DNA of 64,000 nt. Source: Vermamoeba vermiformis. Its lineage: Eukaryota. Shown piece by piece: positions 28,625 to 42,352 of this stretch. The translations under genes were made by a program, and so were the position numbers. Within the stretch, counting starts at the first letter, position 1. Each line of letters begins with the position of its first letter. A model generated the notes under the pieces. It had not been told where the DNA came from, ran no database searches, and saw nothing but the letters and a program-made list of their open reading frames with translations. The stretch covers positions 186,001 through 250,000 of the forward strand of contig JBEWZL010000056.1 of NCBI GenBank assembly GCA_045837725.1, read 5' to 3'.

Positions 28625-30504
28625 TTATTTCCACAATCTCGTAGCATACCATCGATCAGACTCGAATTCTTGGCGCAATCCTTTGTTACTTTGCAAATAT
28701 TCTTTCCAGACGCCACCGGTGATCTTGTGCAAAAATGCCATGTAGGAAGGCCTGGATGTCGAGTTAATACGGTAATAATATTATCACATTGTTACTTACC
28801 TAACGTTTTTAGGCTCCCAATATCCAGCATAGAACAACAAAGCAGTAAAAAATGAATAGATGAGTTCGATCCCGTACGGGATCGGTCGAATTATTCCAAT
28901 GGCAGTTAAATGACTGAAAATTGTTTGAAGAGCCTAACAATATGTTATATGATGCATTATTAAGCCATAATATTACCTTTGAGAAGATGTACATCGAGAT
29001 CTCGAGAGATGAACTGAAGTACGCTGAAAGACCACCAATAAATCCAGCAACAATAGTATTAATAGCATCGTCTTTTTGACGCAATAATCTAATAATTAAA
29101 TAATAATTAGATTAGATACATGAGGACATTTTTCTCAGCGAATTTACCTTAAAAGGCAAGTGACAACTTTCGACAGAGCCGAGAGACAGCCCAAGAACAA
29201 GCCGAATTGAAGCTAGAAATTCGTTAGTACAAGCTATTAAATAAATAATATGCATACTTTTTGACGGCCAAAACTTTTTACGAACGCATCTGGAATTGAC
29301 TTCAAGTTACGAACGCGAGTAAGATTGCCAAGAAGTGCTAATAAGCCCTACACAAAAGTATTTAGAAATATATCGTCTTTTAATACTCAATAGTGTACCT
29401 TTAAGCCATAACCGACAAGAAATGATTGCGCAAAGCTAGAAATCCAGTGGATCTCGCATTTACTGCCGTGCTTCGTGTGCGGGCAAATATTTTCTGCTAG
29501 AATTCGTTAGTTTTTTTGAAGTTTAATATATAACCTCGACATACCTTGCGGCGTAACCACGATTCTGTTCTGCGACAACTTTTTTTCGAGCAGATTTGGT
29601 TTGCCTTCAGTGCCATTCAGAAAACTGACAATAGATTTAATAGCACCACTAAGATGTTGGGGATTATATCGTTGATAGTAGCTGAGAATAGCCCACGATA
29701 CCGCGAAGATAAGTCCAACGCTGTGCTTGATCGGCTTAGCAAGACCTACGTAGCAAATATTTAATTATTAATTATACGATCCTGTATGCGCAGTAAAATA
29801 AATCATTAAAATAGAATGATTTTGGATGAAAATTCGAGTAACAAAAAAAAGATCCGGATCTTGTGTACCGACCTCTTGAGACCAACATTCTAAATATAGT
29901 ATCGATCCCTACGTTCGAGACATATACCGCGAGTTCTTTCCTTCGCGCCGTGTGTTCAATGAACATCGAGATGAAGGCGGGGATGAAGTACGTGCCGAAG
30001 AAAGTGATGCGATAGGCACGCTGTGTCAGCGATAATACCAGACATTGCAGCGCATTAAATGTGCCGCCATAGAACGCTATATATTAAATCACTAAGTTAG
30101 TTTCGAGTTACACAGATTGTACCGAAAAAAGATTTGGTGCAACAAGCTCGTAAGGCTGAAATTTCGGAAAATGATTGACGGCTAAACGACTTGATCCAAA
30201 ATCTCGCATCCGATTACGGTTATGAATAATCGAATGTATCATAAAATCAATTAATATTCATATTTGACGTACCTAAGAATGCGCTGCTTCGTACGATTGC
30301 GGGCAATGTTTTTTGGATCAGATGCAGCAAGTTCCTTCTACCGACGATGTGCGTGACTGCGTACAGCGGTCCATATAACTTGAGTGCTGCTATGAACGTT
30401 AAAGTGTACATTTTGGCGATTATGTGCAGATGTGACTTGGTATGACAATGCAAGATCTCCGAGCAGCCCTTGTAGAAGTAATGAAGTTCTTTTGAGTGTG
30501 ACAT
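28625..30504 (-). CDS. TMEM135: TMEM135/PMP52-like multi-pass membrane protein; multi-exon
   Basis: ALKLYGPLY, RSSAFL, IEHTARRKELAVYVSN, CPHTKHGSKC, IVAGFIGGLS, EPKNVRPSYMAFLHKITGG. Confidence 0.88.
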
Positions 30505-30809
30505 TGGTGATGTGTTGATGTTGTACTTGTGTTCAAATCAATGAAAATGAGTTCCAAATTGAAGATTTTGTCGGTTTGCAAACGGTCTCGACGAAGGGAC
30601 CCGCAAGTCTCGAATATGTGTACTGACATTTTGACGCGGCAGTTATCTCGAAATTTTCTTAATATAACCTAAATAATACCTATATAGTTATTATAACCTA
30701 TTTTAGGCAATTAGTGACGATTCAAGAAGAATCATGACTTACTTTTCGTGACGAGAAGATCTTGGATCCAAAACGCTTCCGTTTGCCTTATCGAGCTGTA
30801 ATTATTAGT

Positions 30810-33800
30810 TTATTTGAAAATAGGGACAAATTTTTCTATTTCTTTTTGGACTCGCTTGACATCCGCTTCGAGCGCTGCATCCATTCCGATCGCTTCCGCC
30901 CTAGATTTATGTTGGTATCAAAATGAACTTATTCCACTCAAATAATAATAATAATGTACCTTTTAACATATTCAGCAAATAGTTCTAAGACGGTAACTGC
31001 TTCGGTTGCATCGCCATCTTCGTTCGGAGGTAGGTACTTGACGAACGATGCGAACTGCTTGAGCCACTCTTGATCGTCTTTATACAAGTTGATCAAATTG
31101 GCATAGGCGACTATAATAAAATAAAATCATTTGGTTAAAGAAAAGTGAAATTAAGGGACAGATCCGGTACCTAAAACATTGTCGTAGACCGCGGCATTTT
31201 CTTCACGATTGTTAGGTATGTTTAGCCAATTCAAAACCCAAGCAATACATTCTATAATACCATTAACATGACTCAATGTAAGGTACAATTATTACCTTCT
31301 TTAGTGTCCGGCAACAGTTCCGGATATTTTCCTGCGAGGAACGCTGTTTGATGATCGTTAGCTAAGACCAACTAAATATATAATGAATAGCTATGCTTAC
31401 ATAAAGTATAGGCTATTGTCTGTGACACGTATCTAGTCGTTAAAATTCGTGCCCTCCACAAGTATTTCATGAAATCCTGTGCAAAGATCAGTATTTACGC
31501 GAATTGAAAAAATAATTATTTCTTACAAAAGGGTCCTCGGGAATCAATTCTGAAGCGCATTGCTCATATACTACGGAGATCATATCATATATAGTCCATA
31601 ATTCAGGGTTCGGTAACTGGAGCTCGAGTTCAAATGCTTGGAAAAATGGCTTGACGCTGGTCACGATGAATTTTTTGTCTGGTGCGTTGGACACAATATT
31701 TTCAAATAACATCGTTAGCTATAGTGAAATTATATATATTAGTGTTATAGATAATAGGCTCGACGTCGTACCTCGCCATAGCCAAGATTTCCGGATGCCA
31801 CTGAGTCATTTTCATCGATGGTCGTGACTTCAATTAGCGGCCTAATTATATCAAGAGATGCTGGCAATATTGCGGGAAGTATCTCGGGTGCATTTTTAGC
31901 AAGGAATTTTTCAATCTATAATGGAATAAATTAATACACTTGGATTTTTGGATCTGATCAAGCCTTACCTCGATTAAATGGTTCAATATGACCTCGGGAT
32001 AAGTCATTAAATTCTCGGTATTTCGCGCTGTGTGCCAAATAAGCTCAATTAAGGGCTGTAGTTCCGTCGGTTCATTTCTCAACAAGAAACCAGCCAAGGC
32101 CGTCAAACTTGATCGAAGATCCTTGTAAATTTCTGCAAAATAAAATAAATTATAAATAAATTATAAAATAAAATGAGCTATTATCAAATCCGAAATTAAG
32201 AAGTTCAAGACGTACCTTCAGATCCAACAGCTCGAATTGCATTGACTAATGTACTACTAATAGTACTCAAATGAGGCTTAATAACTTCATACGGCATATT
32301 ATTCAGCAAATTCGTCAACGAAGCAAAGGCCGCCGCTTTGTTTTCGAATCTGCGATCCGTCAGCGCCAGGAAGTCATTCGGTACCTCGATTTGTTCCCAC
32401 TCTCCTTCTTCATCTAATGCCTCATCATTTCCAAACATATTTTCTGAGAAATTAATTTGTTAAAGCCTTCGTTGTATAATTTTTTGTTAAATTAGATCTA
32501 CGTACCAAATCCAGCAACAGCATCTTGAGCAATAACGTTAATAATGATTGGCATTATTTCTGGTAGTGCATTGATCAATACTGGGCTTGGCTTATTTGAG
32601 AAAGAGATAAATTGCGTCATTCTCAAAATCGGATTCGCATCCGCGTTCTCGGTGTTCGAGTAGGTGGCCAGTGTTTGATAAAATGCCTCTGTTACTCCAG
32701 GCAATGACATTTCGACAACAGACGCTATTTTAAAGTGTTAATACTGATCATCGTTCAATGAAACGGATAAAGATTTGTACTTACAAAGTTCTACCAAATT
32801 AGGCAATACATCCTGGATGAATTCGTGATCGACACTTTGAAACGCAGCACCAATCTTAGCCTCGAGCTATTGAAATTATATTAGTATACCAACAGTGACG
32901 AGGTTATTTCCTTATTTGGTAATAGTGGTACATACCTCTCTATTGTACAAGGCTGGCATGAACGAGAACACGCACGTGATAGCATCAGCGGCTTGTTTGA
33001 CAATAGTTTTGACGCTAGATTTCATTAGCGACAGCAAGGCCTCGACCAATGATGGCGTAACGTGTTTTTCCAAATTAGGAAATTGTTCGATTGATCGATT
33101 ATTAAACACCGCAATCAACGCACTTTCCGCGAGCAATACACCTCTATAATAATACAATGTTAATATAATTCCAAAATCATCCTTTGAAATTACCCTTCAG
33201 AGCCTTGTGTCAAATGAGTCGTGATCCGCGGCAAAGCTAGATCAGCAAGTGCAGCGACAAATTCATTCTGGAATAATGCAATTAATATATTATTAATGTT
33301 ATTATTAAATCGTATTAATGCGGTACCTCTGCATTAGCGACGACGCTCTCGAATATAAACAAGAACGGTACAAACATTTCCTCGTCATCGCTGTTGAGAA
33401 TTGGTTCGAAGTACCTAAACCATAGGAATATAAGACACTGTTATTAATATATAACTGCGGTTCACAATCATTAATCAAAACAAAAAAAATAAAAATTTGG
33501 TTGCAGACCTTATCCGCTTGTTAAAGTTCAGTACGTACTTTGGTATAATTTCGTCCTTATATTTGGTTAGAAAAGGTGCAATTAGAGGTACTTCGCATGC
33601 AAACAATATGAACAGCGTCAATTGTTCGCGTGGATCTTTTGGCGGATAATGTCGCGCCGCGTAATTGGTCACAAAGTTGTACCAGGGCTTGCTACCTAAT
33701 AACATGATAATGACATTAGACTATGTTTCATATTATTCCGAGCTTACACAAGGACAATAATAAAAGTAATTATTAAAGGCCTATATTAAGTTTTTGTAAT

Positions 33801-35278
33801 TTTTACCAGCAGTGCTAGCCCCAGTCTTAATTGCATTGAGAAATCCGCCCATTGGTGATTGTGCGTCATCATTATCAATCAAACGTGAATTGCACCAATC
33901 AAGCTACATAAAAGATAAAGCCCTTATTACATAATACGAAAAAAAAATTGTTTTTGAACGTACCCAAGTGTCATCAGTCTGCCACTGCGTCAATGAATCA
34001 GCAACAATTCCGAGAACTTGCGCCAACAAGAGTGATTGGGCTTTGCGCTGTTTGAAACTTCTGCAGGCAGAAATCAATTCAATCGTGGCCAAGTAAAATT
34101 CGCTGACTGTGTCCACCGGCAAACTTTGTTGCAGTCCTAGTCGAAAGTACTCTTTGCACGCCTTTACGAGCCTAAAAAAATATCAAATTAAAATCTCCTT
34201 TTCAATCTCCAGTAATAATAACGAGAAAACTAAAAAAGGTGATTTTTTTAGTAAATTTAATTACAGTGTAATTACCTAGTTGTCATTTGTATTTCCAATT
34301 GCGGCATTTCGACGACATCCAAACAAGCTTGAAGTTCCATCAAAAAATCAGCGGTGAATCGAAGCGACTTGACACGCGTAATATTAGCTTTGCTGGCCAT
34401 ATGCAGCTCGAGATCCACTGAAAAGTTTAAAATGTCCATGATACTGCCAGGCGGCTCTATACTAGGTCTGCCACCTATATTAATGTCGTCTTCGTCGAGG
34501 TTGACGGTGTCGATCCAATCTCCGACTACTGCGTGAACAGCCCTCATTGTTTTTTTAATATCTTTAATATCGATCATTCCTGTTTTACTGAATAAATCCT
34601 ATAATTATGCTAAATTAGTATTAAAATTAATTAAAATAAAAAACTTACGGTGATCTGATGCTTTTTTTGTCGAGTTTGGGTTTTAACTGCCTCTGAAAAC
34701 TTGTTGATAGCGACCATTTGACGGTCATTAGAATTTCTATTTAATAAGGCCATAGTAAGCAAAAAATATCGTTCATGAATAAAGTTCAATTGAGATCCAA
34801 AACTTACCGCAACAAGTAATATTTATGCCAGTCAATTCGGATGGCCTTATTGTCATCTAATAACATGATTAGCTATAAGTAATAGCATTATAGCGCTTTC
34901 ATACGTTTTATCGTGGGTATAATCCAATTTTTAGCAATATCTTTTTCGCTTGGCAGGATCCGCCATCTTTGTTCGCAAAAACTTCTCCAAAGCTCGTTGT
35001 CGGTGATAATAGTTGCCCATTTCTTGGAAACGGTAATATATTTGCCTAAATAATCCATTAATTAGAAGAAATTATCAAAATATTATGAAGATCTAAATTT
35101 TCTCAGCCACCAAAAATTTTTAGAATAGATTATTAGGTACCATTATAATATTACATGCGGTTGTATTAATAATATGTTATTAATTTTTCAAAATAAAATA
35201 CCCATTACCTGTCTCAAATGGCGGGATCAGCTTGAACAGAGCGAACAACACTTCATCGGACAAAACTGTTTGCTCCAT
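30810..35278 (-). CDS. N-terminal F-box protein with an importin-beta (IPO4/IPO5-like) HEAT-repeat body; many exons
   Basis: MEQTVLSDEVLFALFKLIPPFETGKYITVSKKWATIITDNELWRSFC is F-box-like. DEEGEWEQIEV..RFENKAAAFASL and ENAAVYDNVL..YLPPNEDGDA resemble importin-5 segments. Confidence 0.7.
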
Positions 35279-35387
35279 ATATCATATAGACTATGTGATT
35301 ATAAAACTTGTTAAATATGTTATTGATCGCGTTAGGGACGACAATAAAATGAAAACAATTTTTTTTCGATTATTTTATTGATCCACC

Positions 35388-36702
35388 ATGAGCTATTACA
35401 ACAATAAGATCCCCAATGATATTACTATCACTGTCGTCCAAGGATTGAACAATGAAAGGCTTGACGTCCTCCTAAGCAAATCTGAGCTAAAAATTCCTCG
35501 ATCTCAAGCTTCACGGCTGATAGAAGCTGGAAGAGTGTTAGTCAATGATAGTCCTCCTACTAAAAATTATAAGGTAATTATATTTAATTATTTTGTATTT
35601 TTACACGCACGATCCATTGAAAAAACTGCGTGATTCCCTTTTAAAGCTATGAACATGTATTAACATATTACCCAGTCGAAAATAGACGATAAAATATTAA
35701 TAAAAAAAGATCCAACGCAAAACGAAGCAGAACCCAAGACAGATCCTGATCCCAAACCAGAAAATAGCGAAAACAAATACGAACTGCTTAATGGAATCGT
35801 GGAACCGATAGAAATGGATATTAAAATTGTATATGAAGATGATCATATACTCGTTGTAGATAAGGGTATGTCTAACGAACCAATTTTTATCCATGAAGAT
35901 CCGATCCGTAACTTTTCTCAAATAGAGGCTGGTATTTCAGTACATCCTAGTGTTACTCCGATCAAACCTAAAAATACTAAGAATAATAATAACAAGAATA
36001 ATGAAGAACACGAGAAAGAAAGGTGTTTGGTGAACGGACTTGTACATAAATACGGATCCGACAAATTATCAAATTTTGAAGGTAACTTATAAGACTGACA
36101 TTATTATTCTAATATGTAATAACTCTAATATTATATTAGGCACGCTAAGGCCAGGTATTGTCCATCGATTAGACAAAGAAACTTCGGGGTTGATTATTAT
36201 TTGCAAGAACAACGAAGTGCACAAACTGTTGAAAGAGAAATTCGAAAATAAGACAATCTCGAAGAAATATTGGACGATAGTATACGGAAAATTACCGAAT
36301 ACTGAAGGCGTGATCGAGGAGCCGATCGGCCGACATCCGAAAATAGGTTACAAGATGGCTGTTGATAAAGTTAAAGGCAAGCCAGCGAAGACGTCATATA
36401 AACAACTGCAACAATGGCGACTGAAGAATGGTTCCTATTACACAATGCTAGAAATTGATCTGCATACCGGTCGAACGCACCAGATTCGAGTTCATTTGTC
36501 ATCGAAAGCTTGCTCAGTAGTATCAGATCCTATATATAGTCACAAGAGCGAGAAATTCCACCCAGATCATTTGTGTCTCGTATCTAAGCAGTTGTCGTTT
36601 GTACATCCGATTACGAATAACGAGATCAAGCTTGAAGTTGATTTACCGAGGCACATGCAAGACTTTATTGATTACCTAAATAAAAATGAAGTTAAGCAGT
36701 AA
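35388..36702 (+). CDS. RluA/RluD-family pseudouridine synthase with an S4 domain
   Basis: RLDVLL..RSQASRLI (S4), VYEDDHILVVDKEAGISVHP, RPGIVHRLDKETSG, LHTGRTHQIRVHL. Confidence 0.95.
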
Positions 36703-36789
36703 TATTGGGCGTTTTATCACACGATCCGTTCGTGTGTTCACGATCGCGAGAAAAATTTCTTTTATCTGTCAATCACCAAACAATACACC

Positions 36790-36987
36790 ATGGAAGGAGA
36801 CGAAGTTGGAGAATTTTTCTCGTTCGCTGGCAACCCCGCCCAAGCTAAGCAACAACAGAAACCCAAGAGCACCATCCAAACACATCTCATCTGGGCTGTA
36901 GCTGGTATTGCAATTCTGCGATTTGCTCCTTATGTCGTGCACTTCGGTAGAGAAATTCTGCATAATGCCTTGTCTTCACGAAAATAG
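36790..36987 (+). CDS. Small TOM complex subunit-like protein (plant Tom6 / metazoan Tom5 family)
   Basis: 65 aa with one TM segment. THLIWAVAGIAILRFAPYVV resembles the family R-x-x-P-Y/F motif. Confidence 0.6.
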   Translation: MEGDEVGEFFSFAGNPAQAKQQQKPKSTIQTHLIWAVAGIAILRFAPYVVHFGREILHNALSSRK

Positions 36988-37428
36988 ATCTTTATTGAAG
37001 TGAAGTAATAATTTTGAAAATAATTTTGTTTAATTATTTCACCTTGTATAAACTCTAATAAATACTAATACGTATATTTTCATGCGAAAAATCAATAATC
37101 AAGCAAATTGGATTTTTTCATCGACATTGAACAAAATTAACTCTTCGATCAGGATCAGATCTTAACGAGAAATATATCTTACGATAACTACCTATTAATT
37201 GTTAATAATTAGCATACATTCAATTATAATAAATTTAATCATCAATTATCCTTCACAACAGATCGGTGACTTCACGCTTAAAATTTGACACAGATCAACG
37301 CAACGAGCCGGCAGACCATCCTAAGCTAACGCTTGTTTATTAACGTACATTGCAACACAATTTACAGTAGTGATGTAACAGTGCTACAAATAAGAGAGGA
37401 GAACGTGACTTCGTGCCACATCTACTCT

Positions 37429-38983
37429 TTAGAGCTGGCCAGTCTTGATGAGAGATTGAACCATATTGTAGACAGTTTGCATTTGAGCACCAGTCTTGAA
37501 GGAGTACTATAAGCACCGATTAGTACTTATTTCAATCAAATGGTAAGTCCTAACGGGCATTGAAAACCCGTCGGTTCGGGTTAACTATTTTTATTTGCAA
37601 AATAGGTCTATGCGAGTACTTACGTTAGCATCAGTGTAGCCCCACCAGTCGAAGCAACCAGAAGGATTAGAAGGGAAGAAATCAGACTTGACGGCTTGAG
37701 GATAGACCACGATGATGTTGTTGGATTCGGCCCACTCGTTGAAACCACCGTGAGCATAGAAGTCATTGCCGATATCTTAAATTAATATTAGCCCACGGTA
37801 ACTATATTACGGTATTATACCGCCACATACCAGCAGTAGTTTGGCTGCATCCGTGGTGAGCAACGTGGAGCTTGCAAGTAGCACCATTTTGACAAGCAGT
37901 AGGGATGTAAGCGTAGCCTTGAGAGGCGAAGGACATTGAACTGACGGTCCAACCCGAGGGAGCGTATTTAGTTTGATCGAACGAGACAATCTAAGCAGTT
38001 TTAGACCACTGAAGACATTTGGATATTGTGGATGTGGACTTACGTTGCCTTGAGGAGCAGAGGAGACTGGTGCCTTCAACTTGCCGTAGATCTGGTTCAA
38101 AGCAGCACCAGCGCCGTCATAATCGCAGTTGTTAATGTAAGGGCTGCCGAGCATGGAGCATCTGCCCAACAAAAAATGGTTAGTCTTGTCTATTCAAAGC
38201 AAATATGCGCATTTAATTAAAGAAATTAACTAGATTTTTATGAAAGAAGATTTGGATTGAAGGACAAAACACTCACGCAGAACCAAAGTTAGTGGTGGGC
38301 AAGCAGTGTTGCGAGGCAATGTTGAATTCGCCCTTAATGCTGGAGCCAGGGAGATAGTTCTGATAGTATTGCACTAACGAGTGCACGACGGTCGGTTGCA
38401 CAACGGTATCGCTAGATCCTGTCAAATCATTCAATTTTAGAAATCTTTCATCCTGCTAAATATAGTTCTTACCCGAATAGACATAAACGCGAGAAGCGTT
38501 CAACCAGGCAGGAGGATCGATGACGCCTTGACCAGCAAATTGTTGCGTCAACGAAACCCTAGTAAAATTAGTAAAATAAACAATTATTTAAAAATAAAAT
38601 CTTACAAAGTGTCAACATTAAGGCCCAGACCGAACATGCATTGAGTGAAGGCGTTAGCCTCTGCGTCCTGTGCGCCTTTAAATTAAAAATTATTTACGTG
38701 TCACCTCTGCTGGATTTAAAGGCATCCGATTCTTACAATAAAATGGACCACCAGCGAACACACCGGCTCCCATAAAGGTGCCAGAGTAAGCAACGTGCAT
38801 TTGCACGGCAAAGAAGGCGCCGGAGCTCAAGCCAGAGACACTGACTTGCTTTTTATCAACTTTGTAGCTCGCGGCTGTAAATTGAAGCGTTAGATCTGGC
38901 TTGTTTACTCGAGAATAGGACGTACCAATAGCGCTGCCAACTAACAAAGATAAGATGGCGATAGCTGCGACTTGTTTGTACAT
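37429..38983 (-). CDS. Secreted poly(3-hydroxybutyrate) depolymerase-like esterase; multi-exon
   Basis: Signal peptide, SVSGLSSGAF, GAGVFAGGPFYCA, LHVAHHGC, WAESNNIIVVYPQ, NPSGCFDWWGY. Confidence 0.9.
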
Positions 38984-39887
38984 GTTTCGTGATTTGATAA
39001 TGATGAAATGAAACCCAAAAAAAAAACGGTCTTTTATCGTTGGGCGATTGACGTGACAGGTGACTGACAGCGCATATCGCACCTTTAGAGGGTCCCATAC
39101 GTTAATACGAACCTCCTAAGACAAAAAGGGACTAATAAACCGATCCCCAAGCTTAAAGCCACCAGATCGAAATTGAGTTAAATTTGATAATGCTTGTAAA
39201 GCTCTGATCTTGTGCGCATAGTGTATATCTATGATAATAAGACTATCGGGAGCAGATCTGTACGATAATATAATTGTGAATCAGAGCGAATGGTCGCAGG
39301 AAAAGTTCGAATTGTTTATGGCTAAAGATTGCCGTTTTGAATAAACCTAATAAACTCGAAATATCTTTTAAAAATCATTGTATTTATAGTATGCTCATAT
39401 TACGAGCATGTAATTAATGAATTAGTGACCAAAAGAGTCACGATAAAATAATCATTATTTTTAAATTGCTACAGCTAAACAGAAGCGAAGTAGATATTAT
39501 GAATCGATCAAATTAAATTAATAATTTTGGTAGCGGAGCAGTATTATGTGATTTTCTAAGCGGATGCGCGTACCGAAAAGCAAACAAGATTCACACCGCC
39601 TCGTTGGCTCCATCGTCCAATTAAGAAATGGTAACGCAGTAGATCTTTATCCAACTAAAATGCTAGGCAACTATGAATAAGTTCTGAGGTATTGTTGTTT
39701 GCAACGGTCAAATAATTTTGGATCTGAAAATCTTCATTCAATCTCCGTAGTACCGTTAAGTCGGTAATACCTCTCGTTATATAGCTTATTATTTGTACAT
39801 TTAATGCTCTGCCTGCACAATTGAGCAGATTTTGATAGAAGAATAGATTCGATAACGCTAATTAGACAGTAATTCTTCCACGCAATC

Positions 39888-42131
39888 ATGGGAGTAAGGA
39901 GCATGTTAATATATTATTCCCAGCACTGGAAGAAGCTAGGACAATGGTCTAGAGTACGTTATAACCATTACTAGCCGATAAGACAAGTGGATTCGTATTT
40001 TCAGTTTTTAACTTTTAGAATGAATTTGAAAATTACAAAAATATTGGCATATAGTTAAATAGCATGTATACAATAATATAATATTAATTTGATTATTTTA
40101 GATGTTTATGATAACGATTATTGTTGTTACTGGAGTCGTATTGGGAATATCGCTTTACACGCTCATCACCAGAGGTAAATAAGCAATAAAATAGTCATAA
40201 TATTATAAGGGATAATATGAAGTCAATATGGAGCGTAATTAAGTACTTCTCACCTCAACGGATTGCACGAATCCGAATCTTAGTTAGTCTTACGAAACTA
40301 ACGATAATATTATTACTATAGAGACAAAAAAATGTGTTCACGCCGATGCTCCGTCAGAATGTCCTATCCAAGAAGAATGGGCTGTTAATCACTCCATTTT
40401 GCAGATCGTGTTTGCCTGCTTTGTAATTGCTAATGGTATTGATGGAGTACGTATTTAACTCATACATATATCAATAATACAATCTATTATCGTCATATAC
40501 ATATAATTCTTCCTATTCTAAAATAATTTGACGACGGGTTGCTCGAGCTCTTTTGAGATCTGCTTTATTTTTTAAATTTTAACCATATTAAGCTAACCTT
40601 ATTATTATTTGCGTAGATATTGAACGATAATTTGTACGAAATATATTTCTCTATTGGTGTCTCAGCACTGCTGACTGGATTCGCTGTGTACCGATTCTTC
40701 GAGGACTTCATAAACGAAGCAGATGACTATATATTATTCTTAGTGCTTGTTGTGTCGCAGGTACGTCTTATTCTAAACAATTAAGCGTTTTTAAAGCTCA
40801 CCGAAAAAAGATCTACGCGGGATCGAAATTTGGCTCTATTTGCTTTATTTCCTTTATCTTTGATAATATTAGTTGCTTATATATCTTACATAAACAGGTG
40901 TTCTATTTTATTGTGGCTTATCCATTACACCAAGAATTTGGCTGGCGAGTGTACCGAAAAGTCGGATCTGACAAACAAATTCGAGGTAAGCCTTATTTAT
41001 CGCATATTGTAGTAATAATATACTAATACCTCGTTATAAAGCTATTTACAAGCGATTTTTGATCTTCATTACGCTACTGAAGTTCGATCTGATGTTCGCC
41101 ATAATCAACATTTTGACTTCGGGCGAGGGCGTTTATAATACAGGTATACTACCCTTTAATACTATACTATTAATATATACTTATATTAATATACGATAAT
41201 TAACTAGGCTGGAACTTGGCTCTCGATATTATAGCCGCAATTATTATGCTCTTGTTTTTCTTCTTGGGCTGGAAGGGCGTAAGTAACAACACAATCTATT
41301 AATAGTACTCGATATGATATACATATAGCACATATTATTTAATATTAATGAACTGGGTTTACGGTCTAGATCCGATCTGACAAGCATAATTTTTTAGATG
41401 AAACGAGAACTGACTTGGGCCACAGCTGTATTCTTCGGCTTATCTATTGTAAGTACATAATAATATACATAGAGCAATAGTAGTATCAGAATAGCGGAAT
41501 ATTAATCAGTACTCCCATACGTATCAGATTGAACCAATCTACATTGTATACAACATCATTGAGCTGTCCAATTCACCGCGTCTCTCACCTGACGCAGATT
41601 ACAGCAGCAGAGCCATTGCCGTGCTGTTCATTGCCACTGGTACGTTGAATACTAGCTCCATTTATTTATTTTATTATACGATCTCAAGTCTTTGTGCCAC
41701 GGGACAAAATATTGGGTCATATTCGAGATAAAAATCAAATTATTAAATTAGTACTAGTCCGAAAAAATTGGATCTGACAAGAGTATTTTTGGATTCGTCG
41801 AAAATTGTCCATTTATATTTTTGATATAATGTTTGTTGTTTAATAATACGTACCATGGTATTGATATGTTGCTTTCATATTCACAGCGTGCCTCTTTTTG
41901 GTGTTCCGCGTGCTGGTGATGGTGTTTGCAGTGATGGTGTGGCGAAATTACGGCAAAGGTTTGAAAGACATTTTGTTGGCCAAGCCGTACTTGAAAGAGA
42001 AGAAATTAGCGATCCAAGACGATGAAAACGACGTTATATATGATATACAGGACACAGCTGAGCCACCTGAATGGTCGCTGGAAGATGTTATTACGAACAC
42101 TTACGCCGCGGATGTGTACGTAAAAATGTAA
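39888..42131 (+). CDS. UPF0658-like multi-pass membrane protein; many short exons
   Basis: Spliced LHQEFGWRVYRKVGSDKQIRAIYKRFLIFITLLKFD and WRNYGKGLK, with multiple hydrophobic segments. Confidence 0.75.
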
Positions 42132-42352
42132 TCTTGTGGGCGCAAAACCACTTCTCTCATGTAGCATATACGCGAATATAAACTGTTTAGCTTATTACCA
42201 TATTTGGAGGTCGTTAGAATTGACCAATCACTGACCGTTCAAAAGAGTTGTCGAAATTTATTTGTGGATGCATCTCAAACGTTTAACGTAACTTGCTAGT
42301 GATACCACAAAAGAGCTTATTTGTACTATATATTTTTTTACTATTAATTATA

